IMG/VR virus record: IMGVR_UViG_2728369593_000019
DNA from: a virus
Lineage: Duplodnaviria > Heunggongvirae > Uroviricota > Caudoviricetes
Strand: one strand, 5' to 3'
DNA length: 14,079 bases
The notes under the pieces were generated by a model. That model was not told the DNA's origin and ran no database searches. It worked only from the letters and a program-made list of their open reading frames with translations. Made by a program: the position numbers and the translations under genes. Positions 1-7,860 of the stretch are shown here, in pieces; position 1 is the stretch's first letter, and every line of letters begins with the position of its first letter.

Positions 1-342
1 ATGATGAAAAAAAGTATTCTGGCGTTTCTGTTACTCACCAGTTCTGCAGCTGCGCTGGCGGCACCGCAGGTGATTACCGTCAGCCGTTTTGAAGTGGGTA
101 AAGACAAATGGGCGTTTAATCGCGAAGAGGTGATGCTGACTTGCCGACCAGGTAATGCTTTGTATGTCATCAACCCAAGTACCCTCGTGCAGTATCCTTT
201 AAACGATATCGCACAAAAGGAAGTTGCCAGTGGGAAGACTAAAGCCCAACTCATTTCGGTGATTCAGATTGATGATCCTAACAATCCCGGCGAAAAAATG
301 AGTCTGGCACCGTTTATAGAGCGAGCTGAAAAACTCTGTTAA
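1..342 (+). CDS. yebY: Secreted/periplasmic protein with N-terminal signal peptide, DUF2511-like; resembles E. coli YebY. Host flank gene, not phage.
   Basis: Complete 113-aa ORF from ATG at 1 to stop at 340-342. N-terminus [22 protein letters not shown] looks like a Sec signal peptide with an AxA cleavage site. Followed by an intrinsic terminator. The YebY name is from memory of sequence and length, not a search. Confidence 0.6.
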   Translation: MMKKSILAFLLLTSSAAALAAPQVITVSRFEVGKDKWAFNREEVMLTCRPGNALYVINPSTLVQYPLNDIAQKEVASGKTKAQLISVIQIDDPNNPGEKMSLAPFIERAEKLC

Positions 343-371
343 TTACCTAAAATAGCCTTTTGATTTCCAAT

Positions 372-412
372 AAAAAACCGCCTCAGTTCTTTCACCAGAA
401 CGGGCGGTTTTT
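372..412 (+). terminator. Rho-independent terminator of the yebY-like gene
   Basis: A-run, then GC-rich imperfect stem ACCGCC...GGCGGT (377-389 with 398-408), then TTTTT at 408-412, about 30 nt after the stop codon. Confidence 0.7.
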
Positions 413-570
413 AACATTTAAGCTGATGACCCCCACGCTTTTTATTGACCATTTTGCACGCAAACTGGAAAACCTGGCGTCGTCATCTATTCTTAAAGAG
501 CAAGGCAACTAAGCCTGCATTAATGCCAACTTTTAGCGCACGGCTCTCTCCCAAGAGCCATTTCCCTGGA

Positions 571-602
571 CCGAATACAGGAATCGTATTCGGTCTTTTT
601 TT
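571..602 (+). terminator. Second hairpin plus T-tract between host gene and integrase; may be part of the attL region
   Basis: Stem CCGAATAC (571-578) pairs with GTATTCGG (586-593) around a 7-nt loop, followed by a T-run at 594-602. Its 3' half plus T-run recurs at 670-686. Confidence 0.4.
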
Positions 603-636
603 AATTGTATTTAAAATCAATCAGTTGCAAACGTCT

Positions 637-656
637 CCCCGAAATTCCCCGAAATT
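637..656. repeat. Perfect tandem 10-mer CCCCGAAATT x2, with a third degenerate copy (CGAATTT) to 667; candidate integrase arm-type or accessory-protein binding sites
   Basis: Direct reading: CCCCGAAATT at 637-646 and 647-656, about 80 bp beyond the 3' end of the integrase gene. Confidence 0.5.
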
Positions 657-733
657 TACTCGAATTTCTGTATTCCGGTCTTTTTTGGTTATATCACAAC
701 CAAAATACATTTAACAATCCATTTACGTTAAAA

Positions 734-1810
734 TCAGAGCAATAAGTACGTTTTTTCTCTCTCATCAAGATACATTTTTGTTGTCTTCTCCGATGTGTGG
801 CCAAGTAGACGCTGAGCAAATTCTTCTCCACATGTTTCTTTGTACAATCGTCCAGCCAGACTTCTGATCTCGTGAAAAGTTGGTGGGTTTTCACTGAACT
901 GGATACCTGTTAATTTTCTGGCTGCGACAAATTTTTTTGTCAGGCCATCCGGGTGAATGCTGCCGTCAGGGCTGTTTTTTCTAATTCCGGCACTGATTAG
1001 AAAATCTCCCCGGCTTACCAGGCGGCACCGTTCAACTACTGTACCAAGACGTAGACCAGCGACAGGAAGGCTGAGTGACAGGGGGATAGCAATCATCATT
1101 CCTGTCTTAATTTGCCTGATGTGGAGACGATCATCATAAATCTCACTGAACCGCATATTCGTTATGTCTTCGCGACGTTGTCCTGTTACAAGGGCTAAGT
1201 CCATAGCTAATGGGAACCATGCCGGAAGTTGATCTGCTGCCTCCCTGATGCAGTTGTATGTCTTTAGTTTCAGTCGTTCTCTTGTAACTACTATTTTCGG
1301 TGCTCTTGTTGGCGTTACTGGATTTTGAGATATACGTCCTCCAACAATGGCCTCGCGAAACATATCAGACAACACAGAACGCATTGATCCTGCCATTGTG
1401 TTTTTCCCTCCTTCAATCCACAAATCAAGAAATTCGGCAATATGGCGAGTGGTTATTTCTGTCAGTAAAATCCCTCCTAATTTTTCTTTTATTGTCTCCA
1501 GTTGATTTACCCGAGTTTTATAAGTATTTCTGGACACTTTTCTCCTTATAAGAATTGTTTTGTAACGTTCAATCCAGTCTGCCATAGTAAATGAGTCGAA
1601 CCCTTTAAGTTTTTCAATTAAGGCAGCAGGAGAGTAGTTTTTGTATATATAATGATTTGCTTCAATTGCCTGCGCTACTGCATCTCTTCTTGAAATTTTA
1701 CCTAGTGTAAATTCTTCTTTCGTCAGAGGGTTGCGCCAGTAATATGCTTTGTCTCTCCTTCGATATGTTAAGTTTCTAGGCAAATTGGGATCGTATTTTT
1801 TCCGCTGCAT
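734..1810 (-). CDS. int: Tyrosine site-specific integrase, lambda Int family
   Basis: 358-aa ORF. N-terminal arm-binding-like region ([25 protein letters not shown]) and C-terminal catalytic region ([16 protein letters not shown]..., [28 protein letters not shown]) are colinear with lambda Int as I remember it. A GGAG ribosome-binding site lies about 12 nt upstream of the ATG at 1810. Confidence 0.9.
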   Translation of the reverse strand: MQRKKYDPNLPRNLTYRRRDKAYYWRNPLTKEEFTLGKISRRDAVAQAIEANHYIYKNYSPAALIEKLKGFDSFTMADWIERYKTILIRRKVSRNTYKTRVNQLETIKEKLGGILLTEITTRHIAEFLDLWIEGGKNTMAGSMRSVLSDMFREAIVGGRISQNPVTPTRAPKIVVTRERLKLKTYNCIREAADQLPAWFPLAMDLALVTGQRREDITNMRFSEIYDDRLHIRQIKTGMMIAIPLSLSLPVAGLRLGTVVERCRLVSRGDFLISAGIRKNSPDGSIHPDGLTKKFVAARKLTGIQFSENPPTFHEIRSLAGRLYKETCGEEFAQRLLGHTSEKTTKMYLDEREKTYLLL

Positions 1811-2063
1811 TTTTTAACTTCTCCAGTAACGGACTGTCTCTCCCTTGTCGCCCATTGGGCTGATGGTGTGTTATATCGGTATCAACCTTATTCGGGTTGA
1901 TATAGAAAGCCTCCGGAACTACCCTGTAACTCCTCCCGTGTAGTTCAGGTGCAGGATAAATGTTTCCATTCCTTGCCCACCGTCTCAGCGTTGATATTGA
2001 TGGTGGGTTATCCGGATATCTGAGTTTTCCCCACGTTTTGAGCGTCACAAGATTCATTGCCAT
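1776..2063 (-). CDS. xis: Excisionase (Xis-like)
   Basis: 95-aa ORF directly upstream of int, overlapping it by 35 nt as lambda xis/int do. Motif TLKTWGKL...STLRRWARNGNIYPAPELHGRSY parallels lambda Xis TLQEWNARQ...ETVRRWVRECRIFPPP. An AAGAGGT ribosome-binding site precedes the ATG at 2063. Confidence 0.75.
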   Translation of the reverse strand: MAMNLVTLKTWGKLRYPDNPPSISTLRRWARNGNIYPAPELHGRSYRVVPEAFYINPNKVDTDITHHQPNGRQGRDSPLLEKLKNAAEKIRSQFA

Positions 2064-2163
2064 ACCTCTTACGATATGACCGCCAGTAAATATACAGAAT
2101 ACTGGCGGGTGTGGTTGATTTTTAATAATCAGCTATGAAGTTCTAATTTGGATACAATGCAAT

Positions 2164-2352
2164 TCACGAGGACTGATGTTTCTCGCAATTAAAATTTATC
2201 AGTTTTACTTTCTGCTCTCTGGAAACGCCTGCTTCTTTTTTCCCTGAGAGCATTTTTTCGCATTCTGATTTCGTTAATTTAGATTTTGAATATCTTGTCC
2301 AGTCAGTAGGAGTGCCGCCTTCCTTTTCAATAGTGGCAGTGATTTTATACAT
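2164..2352 (-). CDS. Small hypothetical prophage protein (62 aa), in the position of Rac ydaC between xis and lar
   Basis: The ORF track gives 2164..2424, but an internal ATG at 2352 has a GGAGG ribosome-binding site 5 nt upstream and sits 4 nt after the stop of the upstream Lar-like gene. Lys/Glu-rich; no family recognised. Confidence 0.45.
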   Translation of the reverse strand: MYKITATIEKEGGTPTDWTRYSKSKLTKSECEKMLSGKKEAGVSREQKVKLINFNCEKHQSS

Positions 2353-2581
2353 GAACACCTCCATTATTATTTCCTGTGGTTCGTTTATTCCATCTTTCGA
2401 GCGCTTCTTTTTCACTTCCACCATAGCCAGTTCGAGATTCGCATCCGTTGCATTTTGCCCGGTAATATCCTGAAATGACTCTCACCGTTACTGATGGACA
2501 ACCACAAAAAGGGCATGGTTTAACTTTTGTGTATCGCACTGTTTTTTCTCCTGTGGGCTTTGTGGCTGCGCTCATTTCCAT
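2345..2581 (-). CDS. Lar/RalR-family restriction-alleviation protein (zinc-ribbon-like)
   Basis: 78-aa ORF with PCPFCGCPS...CNGCESRTG...ALERWNKRT, the Cys-pair pattern I associate with Lar (Rac RalR). Located just upstream of exo. Start overlaps the 3' end of exo by 10 nt. Confidence 0.65.
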   Translation of the reverse strand: MEMSAATKPTGEKTVRYTKVKPCPFCGCPSVTVRVISGYYRAKCNGCESRTGYGGSEKEALERWNKRTTGNNNGGVHV

Positions 2582-3252
2582 TGCTCCCCAAATACAAAAC
2601 CAATTTCAGCCAGTGCCTCGTCCATTTTTTCGATGAACTCCGGCACCATCTCGTCAAAACTCGCCATGTACTTTTCATCCCGATTAACCACGACATAATG
2701 CAGGCCTTCACGCTTCATGCGTGGGTCATAGTTGGCAAAATACCAGGCATCTTTTCGCGTCACCCACATGCTGTACTGCACCTGGGCCATGTAAGCCGAC
2801 TTTATGGCCTCGAAACCACCGAGCCGGAACTTCATGAAATCCCGGGAGGTAAACGGGCATTTCAGCTCAAGGCCGTTGCCGTCACTGCATAAACCATCGG
2901 GAGAGCAGGCGGTGCGCATACTTTCGTCGCGATAGATGATCGGGGATTCAGTAACATTCACGCCGGAAGTGAACTCAAACAGGGCTCTGGCGTCGTTCTC
3001 GTACTGTTTTCCCCAGGCCAGCGCCTTAGCGTTAACTTCCGGAGCCACACCGGTGCAAACCTCGGCAAGCAGGGTGTGGAAGTAGGACATTTTCATGTCA
3101 GGCCATTTCTTTCCGGAGCGGGGTTTTGCTATCACGTTGTGAACTTCTGAAGCTGTGATGACGCCGAGCCGTAATTTGTGCCACGCATCATCCCCCTGCA
3201 CGATAGCTCTCACGTCGATCCCGGTACGCTGCAGGATAATGTCCGATGTCAT
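2572..3252 (-). CDS. exo: Lambda-type 5'-3' exonuclease (Red alpha)
   Basis: 226 aa, same length as lambda Exo. Sequence [65 protein letters not shown]... matches lambda Exo nearly residue for residue from memory. Start overlaps the bet stop. Confidence 0.95.
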   Translation of the reverse strand: MTSDIILQRTGIDVRAIVQGDDAWHKLRLGVITASEVHNVIAKPRSGKKWPDMKMSYFHTLLAEVCTGVAPEVNAKALAWGKQYENDARALFEFTSGVNVTESPIIYRDESMRTACSPDGLCSDGNGLELKCPFTSRDFMKFRLGGFEAIKSAYMAQVQYSMWVTRKDAWYFANYDPRMKREGLHYVVVNRDEKYMASFDEMVPEFIEKMDEALAEIGFVFGEQWK

Positions 3253-4034
3253 ATTGCCACCTTCTGCTCTGCGGCTTTCTGTTTCAGGAATCCAAGAGCT
3301 TTCACTGCTTCGACCTGTTTCAGTTCTGACAATGCACGAATGTCGCGGCGAAATATCTGGGAACAGAGCGGCAATAAGTCGTCATCCCATGTTTTATCCA
3401 GGGCGATCAGCAGAGTGTTAATCTCCTGCATGGTTTCATCGTTAACCGGAGTGATGTCGCGTTCCGGCTGATGTTCTGCAGTGCATGCGGTATTTTCGAC
3501 AATGCGCTCGGCTTCATCCTTGTCATAGATACCAGCAAATCCGAAGGCCAGACGGGCACACTGAATCATGGCTTTATGCCGTAACATCCGTTTGGGATGC
3601 GACTGCCACGGTCCGATGATTTCTTTGCCTTCTCGGGTTTTGAATGGTTCGCGGCGGCACTCATCCATCCACTCGGTAACGCAGATCGGATGATTACGGT
3701 CCTTGCGGTAAATCCGGCATGTACATGATTCATTGTCCTGCTCAAAGTCCATGCCATCAAACTGCTGGTTTTCATTTATGATGCGGGACCAGCCATCAAC
3801 GCCCACCACCGGAACAATGCCGTTCTGCTTATCAGGGAAGGCGTAAATCTCTTTCGTCCACGGATTAAGTCCGTACTGGTTGGCGACGATCAGCAGCGCG
3901 ATGAATTGCGCATCGCTGGCATTACCTTTAAATGCCGTCTGGCGAAGAGTGGCGATCAGTTCCTGCGGGTCGACAGAATCCATGCCGACGCGTTCAGCCA
4001 GCTTCCCGGCCAGTGTTGCAAGTGCTGTACTCAT
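3249..4034 (-). CDS. bet: Lambda-type single-strand annealing protein Beta (Red beta)
   Basis: 261 aa, same length as lambda Bet. [27 protein letters not shown]...[16 protein letters not shown] matches lambda Bet from memory with a few substitutions. Confidence 0.95.
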   Translation of the reverse strand: MSTALATLAGKLAERVGMDSVDPQELIATLRQTAFKGNASDAQFIALLIVANQYGLNPWTKEIYAFPDKQNGIVPVVGVDGWSRIINENQQFDGMDFEQDNESCTCRIYRKDRNHPICVTEWMDECRREPFKTREGKEIIGPWQSHPKRMLRHKAMIQCARLAFGFAGIYDKDEAERIVENTACTAEHQPERDITPVNDETMQEINTLLIALDKTWDDDLLPLCSQIFRRDIRALSELKQVEAVKALGFLKQKAAEQKVAI

Positions 4035-4039
4035 TCGTT

Positions 4040-4339
4040 TTATACCTCTGAATCAATATCAACCTGGTGACGAGCAATGGTTTCAACCATGTACCGGATG
4101 TGCTCAGCCACGCGTTCCTGAAATTCAACATCGTCATCAAATGCGCGACTGATTGCCTGTTTGCTGGCACCGTGGCGTTGCAAATGGTCGATGCAGAGCG
4201 ATTCAAACAGGTGCTGGGGCAGACCTTTTTCCAGATCGTCCGCCAGTTCCGTTTCTTTTTCTTCGCGAACGATCTTCTGGTAGTGGCGTGACCATGCCAA
4301 CTCTTCAATGCGATCAAAAATTGGGCATGTGCTCATCAT
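4040..4339 (-). CDS. gam: Gam, RecBCD inhibitor (short GamS-like form)
   Basis: 99 aa. ...[45 protein letters not shown]...[32 protein letters not shown] matches the C-terminal ~98 aa of lambda Gam from memory. Lies directly upstream of bet. Confidence 0.9.
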   Translation of the reverse strand: MMSTCPIFDRIEELAWSRHYQKIVREEKETELADDLEKGLPQHLFESLCIDHLQRHGASKQAISRAFDDDVEFQERVAEHIRYMVETIARHQVDIDSEV

Positions 4340-4622
4340 CCGTTACCCCAAAATTTTCAAGTTTGTTTGCGATCATCATTGCAATATCCGGAATTAATGG
4401 CGCTGAGGCTATACCTGCAGGATTCGCACATAAACCGTAAACCGCCGCAATCACCACTTGTCTTTTCCAGTCGAGTTTTTCTAATGATGAAGCTGCTGCT
4501 TCGCCAGTTTCATCACTGCAATCGCGATGCGGATCGCTGCCAGCATTTTCATTGTGCTGATGTTCAGCACCTTCCATTTCCTCCGGATCTTTTTCCTGAG
4601 CTTCATCCAGATTTTCTTTCAT
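4314..4622 (-). CDS. Hypothetical protein (102 aa), acidic N-terminus and hydrophobic middle segment; sits where lambda has kil/cIII
   Basis: ATG at 4622. 3' end overlaps the gam start by 26 nt and 5' end overlaps the upstream gene by 20 nt, suggesting a coupled operon. N-terminal third is Asp/Glu-rich; middle segment [30 protein letters not shown] is hydrophobic. No family recognised. Confidence 0.5.
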   Translation of the reverse strand: MKENLDEAQEKDPEEMEGAEHQHNENAGSDPHRDCSDETGEAAASSLEKLDWKRQVVIAAVYGLCANPAGIASAPLIPDIAMMIANKLENFGVTDDEHMPNF

Positions 4623-5139
4623 TAAAGGTTTCCTGATACGTTGTGTCGCCCATCACCGCGCCACAATCAGGGCAGTTGCCCCCACCGCTCTGACCGCAGG
4701 CGGCACAGACTTTTTCCGGTTCCTGTTGTGCTACTGGTTCAGGTTGTTTCGTTTCTGGCTCGTTTTGTTGCGTATTTGGGCTGTTTTGTTCCGCTTTCTG
4801 GTCGTTCTGTTCCGTTTCTTGCTGGTTCTGGTTCACAGAATCGCGGGTTTCAATCCCCTTCACCCATTTCGGATCATTCGGATCGCTAATCCCTTCAACA
4901 AATTCACCACGTGATGCAGCAAGCAACTTATCGGCGTCAGGCTGGCTGATATTAGCTGCCTGCATAATTTTGCTTACTTCGTCAGCGGTGACTTTAACTT
5001 GGTGAGCAGAACTTACCTGCGGCTGAGCATCCAGCGGCTGCGTGTCCTGATGATGTTCAGTTGCATCCGGTTCCACTGTTTCAGCCGTTGCCTGTTCATC
5101 TGCCATTGCGCAAGATGGTTGCGGTTTTTTCTTCATCAT
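4603..5139 (-). CDS. Hypothetical acidic low-complexity protein with C-terminal CxxC...CxxC zinc-ribbon-like motif (up to 178 aa)
   Basis: ORF on the early-operon strand. Gln/Glu/Asn/Pro-rich repetitive segment, then C-terminal [17 protein letters not shown]. Start is uncertain: ATG at 5139 overlaps the upstream 409-aa gene, ATG at 5106 does not; neither has a strong ribosome-binding site. Confidence 0.5.
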   Translation of the reverse strand: MMKKKPQPSCAMADEQATAETVEPDATEHHQDTQPLDAQPQVSSAHQVKVTADEVSKIMQAANISQPDADKLLAASRGEFVEGISDPNDPKWVKGIETRDSVNQNQQETEQNDQKAEQNSPNTQQNEPETKQPEPVAQQEPEKVCAACGQSGGGNCPDCGAVMGDTTYQETFNERKSG

Positions 5140-6325
5140 CCTGTTTTTCTTCTTCTGTTACCCGCTGCGGCATCGGGGCAGAGGAGCGACCGCAGGCAAT
5201 ATCTACGATTTCCGGATCAGGGTTGGCATGATCGGTTTCAGTCAGTACTTTGTTCAGATATTCAGTGACGTGTGCGGGGATAACCTCGATCCCAATTGGT
5301 GCTTCTTTTACGGACGCAACCACGATGGCGCGGGAATAATCCAGCCCGCCAGGCATGGCGATGAATTTGTCGCGGAAAACAGAAAAGGGCGGTTTATTTT
5401 CAGCGATAATTTCCTCGACACGTTTAGCGTGTGCCGGATGAAGGTTATAAATGTCCACGTCCATTGAACGGGCCAGTACGCCAGTGGCTACATCGCGTGC
5501 CAGTGACGTCAGATCGTGGACGAAACCTTCGCCGCGATCGGTGAGGTTCCCGCCGCCAGCATTAGCACCGGAAGCCGTGCGAGTGATGCGTGAAACACGA
5601 TTTCCTTTCATCCACTCTTTTGTCAGCAGACCGCGATCGGTGTAGTCTGCGTCCAGGTATGCTTCGAAAAAAGCAGTCATCAGCCCCAGACTTGAATTGC
5701 CTGGATTAGGGAAAACTTTGTCAGTATCACGAACCAGTCTGTGAAGATCGCGAATCTCCAGCGGGTCGAGCAGGCTGGTTTTGTGGGAAACAGCCAGGGC
5801 AGTAACAGCTGGTAGTTCTTCAGCCCGTGCAATATGTAATGTCTGGAGTTCGTCGCGTGAAACGTGCGTTACCGGTTTTTCGCTGCCGTGTTGAGCAAGC
5901 CAGCGAATGGGCAGCTCTTGGCCAGAAATCGGGAGTAGCATATTCTCCTCAATCTCAGTCATGTCTTCGCCATTAACATTGGTATTGTCAGTGCTGGCTG
6001 GTTTGTCCTGCGCAGAGGATGAGGGCGCGATAAATACCATTGTGATGCCATCTTCCCCGCCTTTTTCGTAACGGTTGCAGAATTCCGTATCAAATACGCC
6101 TTCTGGTGGAAGGTCATCAACAACGGGCAAATTGACGCGAACAGGTTTTTTAAAGTCATCTTCATCGTAGCCAGCATCGTCAATCGCAACAGCACCACGG
6201 GAGATGGCAATGGATAATTTTTTCGCTTCAGCCCAGTAGAAACCGCCTTTAATACCGAGACGTTTTCTTACTTTGTCATTTTTTGCTTCGTAATACAGTG
6301 GGTAAACTTGTTTATCGGTGCTCAT
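5096..6325 (-). CDS. Large hypothetical early-operon cargo protein (409 aa); function unknown
   Basis: Long ORF with ATG at 6325 and a GAGGT ribosome-binding site about 13 nt upstream. Lies between the RacC-like gene and the acidic protein gene. Acidic C-terminal tail ([10 protein letters not shown]) and Gly-rich segment ([21 protein letters not shown]). I see no Walker A, HNH or CxxC motif and cannot assign a family. Confidence 0.75.
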   Translation of the reverse strand: MSTDKQVYPLYYEAKNDKVRKRLGIKGGFYWAEAKKLSIAISRGAVAIDDAGYDEDDFKKPVRVNLPVVDDLPPEGVFDTEFCNRYEKGGEDGITMVFIAPSSSAQDKPASTDNTNVNGEDMTEIEENMLLPISGQELPIRWLAQHGSEKPVTHVSRDELQTLHIARAEELPAVTALAVSHKTSLLDPLEIRDLHRLVRDTDKVFPNPGNSSLGLMTAFFEAYLDADYTDRGLLTKEWMKGNRVSRITRTASGANAGGGNLTDRGEGFVHDLTSLARDVATGVLARSMDVDIYNLHPAHAKRVEEIIAENKPPFSVFRDKFIAMPGGLDYSRAIVVASVKEAPIGIEVIPAHVTEYLNKVLTETDHANPDPEIVDIACGRSSAPMPQRVTEEEKQDDEEKTATILRNGR

Positions 6326-6396
6326 TGTTTTTTAACCTCAACTCAGATTAAAATTACTGCGAGTGATGAATAAATGTCCCAGGTTCTTCACTCAGG

Positions 6397-6425
6397 CCTG
6401 CACAGTGTGCAGGCTTTCTTTTTTT
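6397..6425 (+). terminator. Plus-strand-oriented intrinsic-terminator-like hairpin plus T-tract, between two minus-strand genes
   Basis: Perfect palindrome CCTGCACA-G-TGTGCAGG at 6397-6413, followed by CTTTCTTTTTTT at 6414-6425. The T-tract is on the plus strand only. Overlaps the stop codon of the RacC-like gene. Confidence 0.4.
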
Positions 6426-6700
6426 CAGATTTCACCTTTTAATTTCATTGCAATCAGAGTTGCCAGAAATTCGGCTTTTTTTTCTGCGGGCAGATTCTTT
6501 CCTATGTGCACCAGACACATTTTTTTAACACCATCGTTAAGTGTTTTAACGTTGCCTGATGGACCGTCGATATCAACCACAGTGAATGGGGTTTCTTTAT
6601 TTTCTGTCTTAATCACGCAGCCAATACGCTTTCCTTCCAGGCTGACTTCGTGAACAATGTCATCAGTAGTAACAACAGTGGCTTCATAACTGGTAATCAT
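6425..6700 (-). CDS. Small early protein (91 aa), RacC-like by position and length
   Basis: The ORF track gives 6425..6748, but the internal ATG at 6700 has an AAGGAG ribosome-binding site just upstream, giving MITSYEATVV..., 91 aa. Position and length agree with Rac racC; the sequence identity is not verified. Confidence 0.55.
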   Translation of the reverse strand: MITSYEATVVTTDDIVHEVSLEGKRIGCVIKTENKETPFTVVDIDGPSGNVKTLNDGVKKMCLVHIGKNLPAEKKAEFLATLIAMKLKGEI

Positions 6701-6947
6701 GTTTTTCTCCTTAATTAAGGTTGAGCGAATCCCTGCCATTGCTGGCATAAATTCAGTTTCGGATAGTCAGTTAATTAAAGTTCGTGTGCCATCTGGTCTT
6801 TTTCGGCACAGATTTCACTACAATATTTTCTCAGTTCCGTCTGTTGATAAAACCCCACGCATGAAATGAAGCAGTCTTGCAATAACTTTGCTTTCTTCTA
6901 ACGTCTTTATTGCTAAAGGTGATAAGCACATTTTATTTTCTTAGTCA

Positions 6948-7169
6948 TTACCATGACTCCGCCTTTACAGGTAAACCATCACGACCGAGGAAGACTTTAA
7001 TCATGCAGTCAGAAATGCATGTTTTTGTAGTCAGGCTACGAATATAAAGTTTTCGCTTTTTAATATTGTTTGCCGAGGCGATATATGTCCGACCTTCATG
7101 AAGAACATAATCGCCAGGGGTCACACACTGACGTGGTATTTCATCAGTTCCGAAGTGATGAGCAATCAT
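6948..7169 (-). CDS. Small protein (73 aa), candidate Kil-family cell-division inhibitor (KilR-like), by position and length
   Basis: ATG at 7169 with a GGAGAT ribosome-binding site 4 nt upstream gives [14 protein letters not shown]..., 73 aa. It lies immediately downstream, on the same strand, of the DicF-like RNA, where Qin carries dicB and Rac carries kilR. Not similar to my memory of DicB. Confidence 0.55.
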   Translation of the reverse strand: MIAHHFGTDEIPRQCVTPGDYVLHEGRTYIASANNIKKRKLYIRSLTTKTCISDCMIKVFLGRDGLPVKAESW

Positions 7170-7334
7170 AATTATCTCCATTTTTACAAATGAATTTTGT
7201 CGATGCGGTGCCTGGTGCCTCCAGGTGACGTTAACCAGTTAACAATTAACGCCGGATAATCCACCCATAACACTGATGATTTTAACTGTGCCGCGTGCGC
7301 TTAGCCGCATTCACCGCATCACAAAATTCACTTT

Positions 7335-7393
7335 AAAAAGGGGCGGCAGGGCAGCCACGGAGTAGAACTGATGCCGCTAAAGACTACACACAG
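7335..7393 (-). ncRNA. dicF: DicF-like small regulatory RNA (prophage sRNA that targets ftsZ mRNA in E. coli K-12)
   Basis: Minus strand reads ...TTTAGCGGCATCAGTTCTACTCCGTGGCTGCCCTGCCGCCCCTTTTT. This aligns with E. coli DicF as I recall it (TTTGGCGGTATCAGTTTTACTCCGTGACTGCTCTGCCGCCCTTTTT), including the 3' GC-rich terminator stem (GCGGCA with TGCCGC) and U-tail. The 5' end is approximate. Confidence 0.7.
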
Positions 7394-7569
7394 CAATGTC
7401 GTTATTTACAACCGGAGGCGCACTCCCACCATTTAAATTTAACAGACAAGACCGACTCTTTATGAATACCGGAAATGCGCCTTCGTGTTGTGCCCGGTTT
7501 TATTTCACCACCTCCGGGCTTTGGTGGTATCTTTACTGAAGTTCTCACACAACCAGTAAGGAAATGAAT

Positions 7570-7860
7570 ATGCCAACGTATCTCGCCAGAGTAGAACTAT
7601 ATAATGCTGAGCCAGAGGATTACGAAGGGCTTCATAAATATATGCTCTCACTAGGATTCAGGAGAACGATCCCCCATGGAGATGGTTCGTATAATCAACT
7701 CCCGGACGGAACTTATGTTTCCGAAAAGGGCGGTGATATTTATCAAATTCGCAGCCAGATATCTGACTATGCAGACCGACTATCCAGGTATCGCGCGTCT
7801 GTTTTTGTTTGCGAATTCAGTCAATGCGCATGGTATTTATACCCCGCCAAGACCCGGTGA
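7570..7860 (+). CDS. Lone plus-strand gene (96 aa), uncharacterised, convergent with the repressor-proximal early operon
   Basis: ORF track gives 7564..7860. The second ATG at 7570 has an AAGGA ribosome-binding site 7 nt upstream; the first ATG at 7564 is only 1 nt from it. Protein MPTYLARVELYNAEPEDYEGLHKYMLSLGFRRTI...: no signal peptide or transmembrane segment seen. Preceded by about 180 nt of non-coding sequence. Its 3' end overlaps the 3' end of the YdaG-like gene by 24 nt. Confidence 0.55.
   Translation: MPTYLARVELYNAEPEDYEGLHKYMLSLGFRRTIPHGDGSYNQLPDGTYVSEKGGDIYQIRSQISDYADRLSRYRASVFVCEFSQCAWYLYPAKTR

Noticed and set aside
445-714. 89-aa plus-strand ORF between the host terminator and int
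   Set aside because: It spans the att-junction region, contains a terminator-like hairpin and tandem repeats, and has no ribosome-binding site or recognisable domain. More likely non-coding junction sequence.
957-1551. Plus-strand ORFs (60 and 83 aa) inside the integrase gene
   Set aside because: They are antisense to a confidently identified integrase, with no ribosome-binding sites and low-complexity translations.
2527-4440. Several plus-strand ORFs (2527..2892, 3155..3471, 3880..4152, 4067..4291, 4153..4440) and a minus-strand ORF at 3566..3775
   Set aside because: All lie antisense to or out of frame within exo, bet and gam, which match lambda proteins over their full length. Treated as shadow ORFs.
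4641-5645. Plus-strand ORFs opposite the acidic-protein and 409-aa genes (4641..4889, 4726..4914, 4999..5268, 5228..5467, 5451..5645)
   Set aside because: They are antisense to longer, operon-consistent minus-strand ORFs, and their translations are repetitive, reflecting the low-complexity DNA.
5959-6210. 83-aa minus-strand ORF inside the 409-aa gene
   Set aside because: Alternative frame of the 409-aa ORF; no independent start signal.
7391-7569. Possibility that the non-coding stretch upstream of the lone gene encodes a type III antitoxin RNA, a retron RNA, or a YdfC-like peptide
   Set aside because: No tandem direct repeats of the ToxI type, no adjacent reverse transcriptase, and the only minus-strand ATG gives an 8-codon peptide. 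It remains a plain 5' leader or promoter region.
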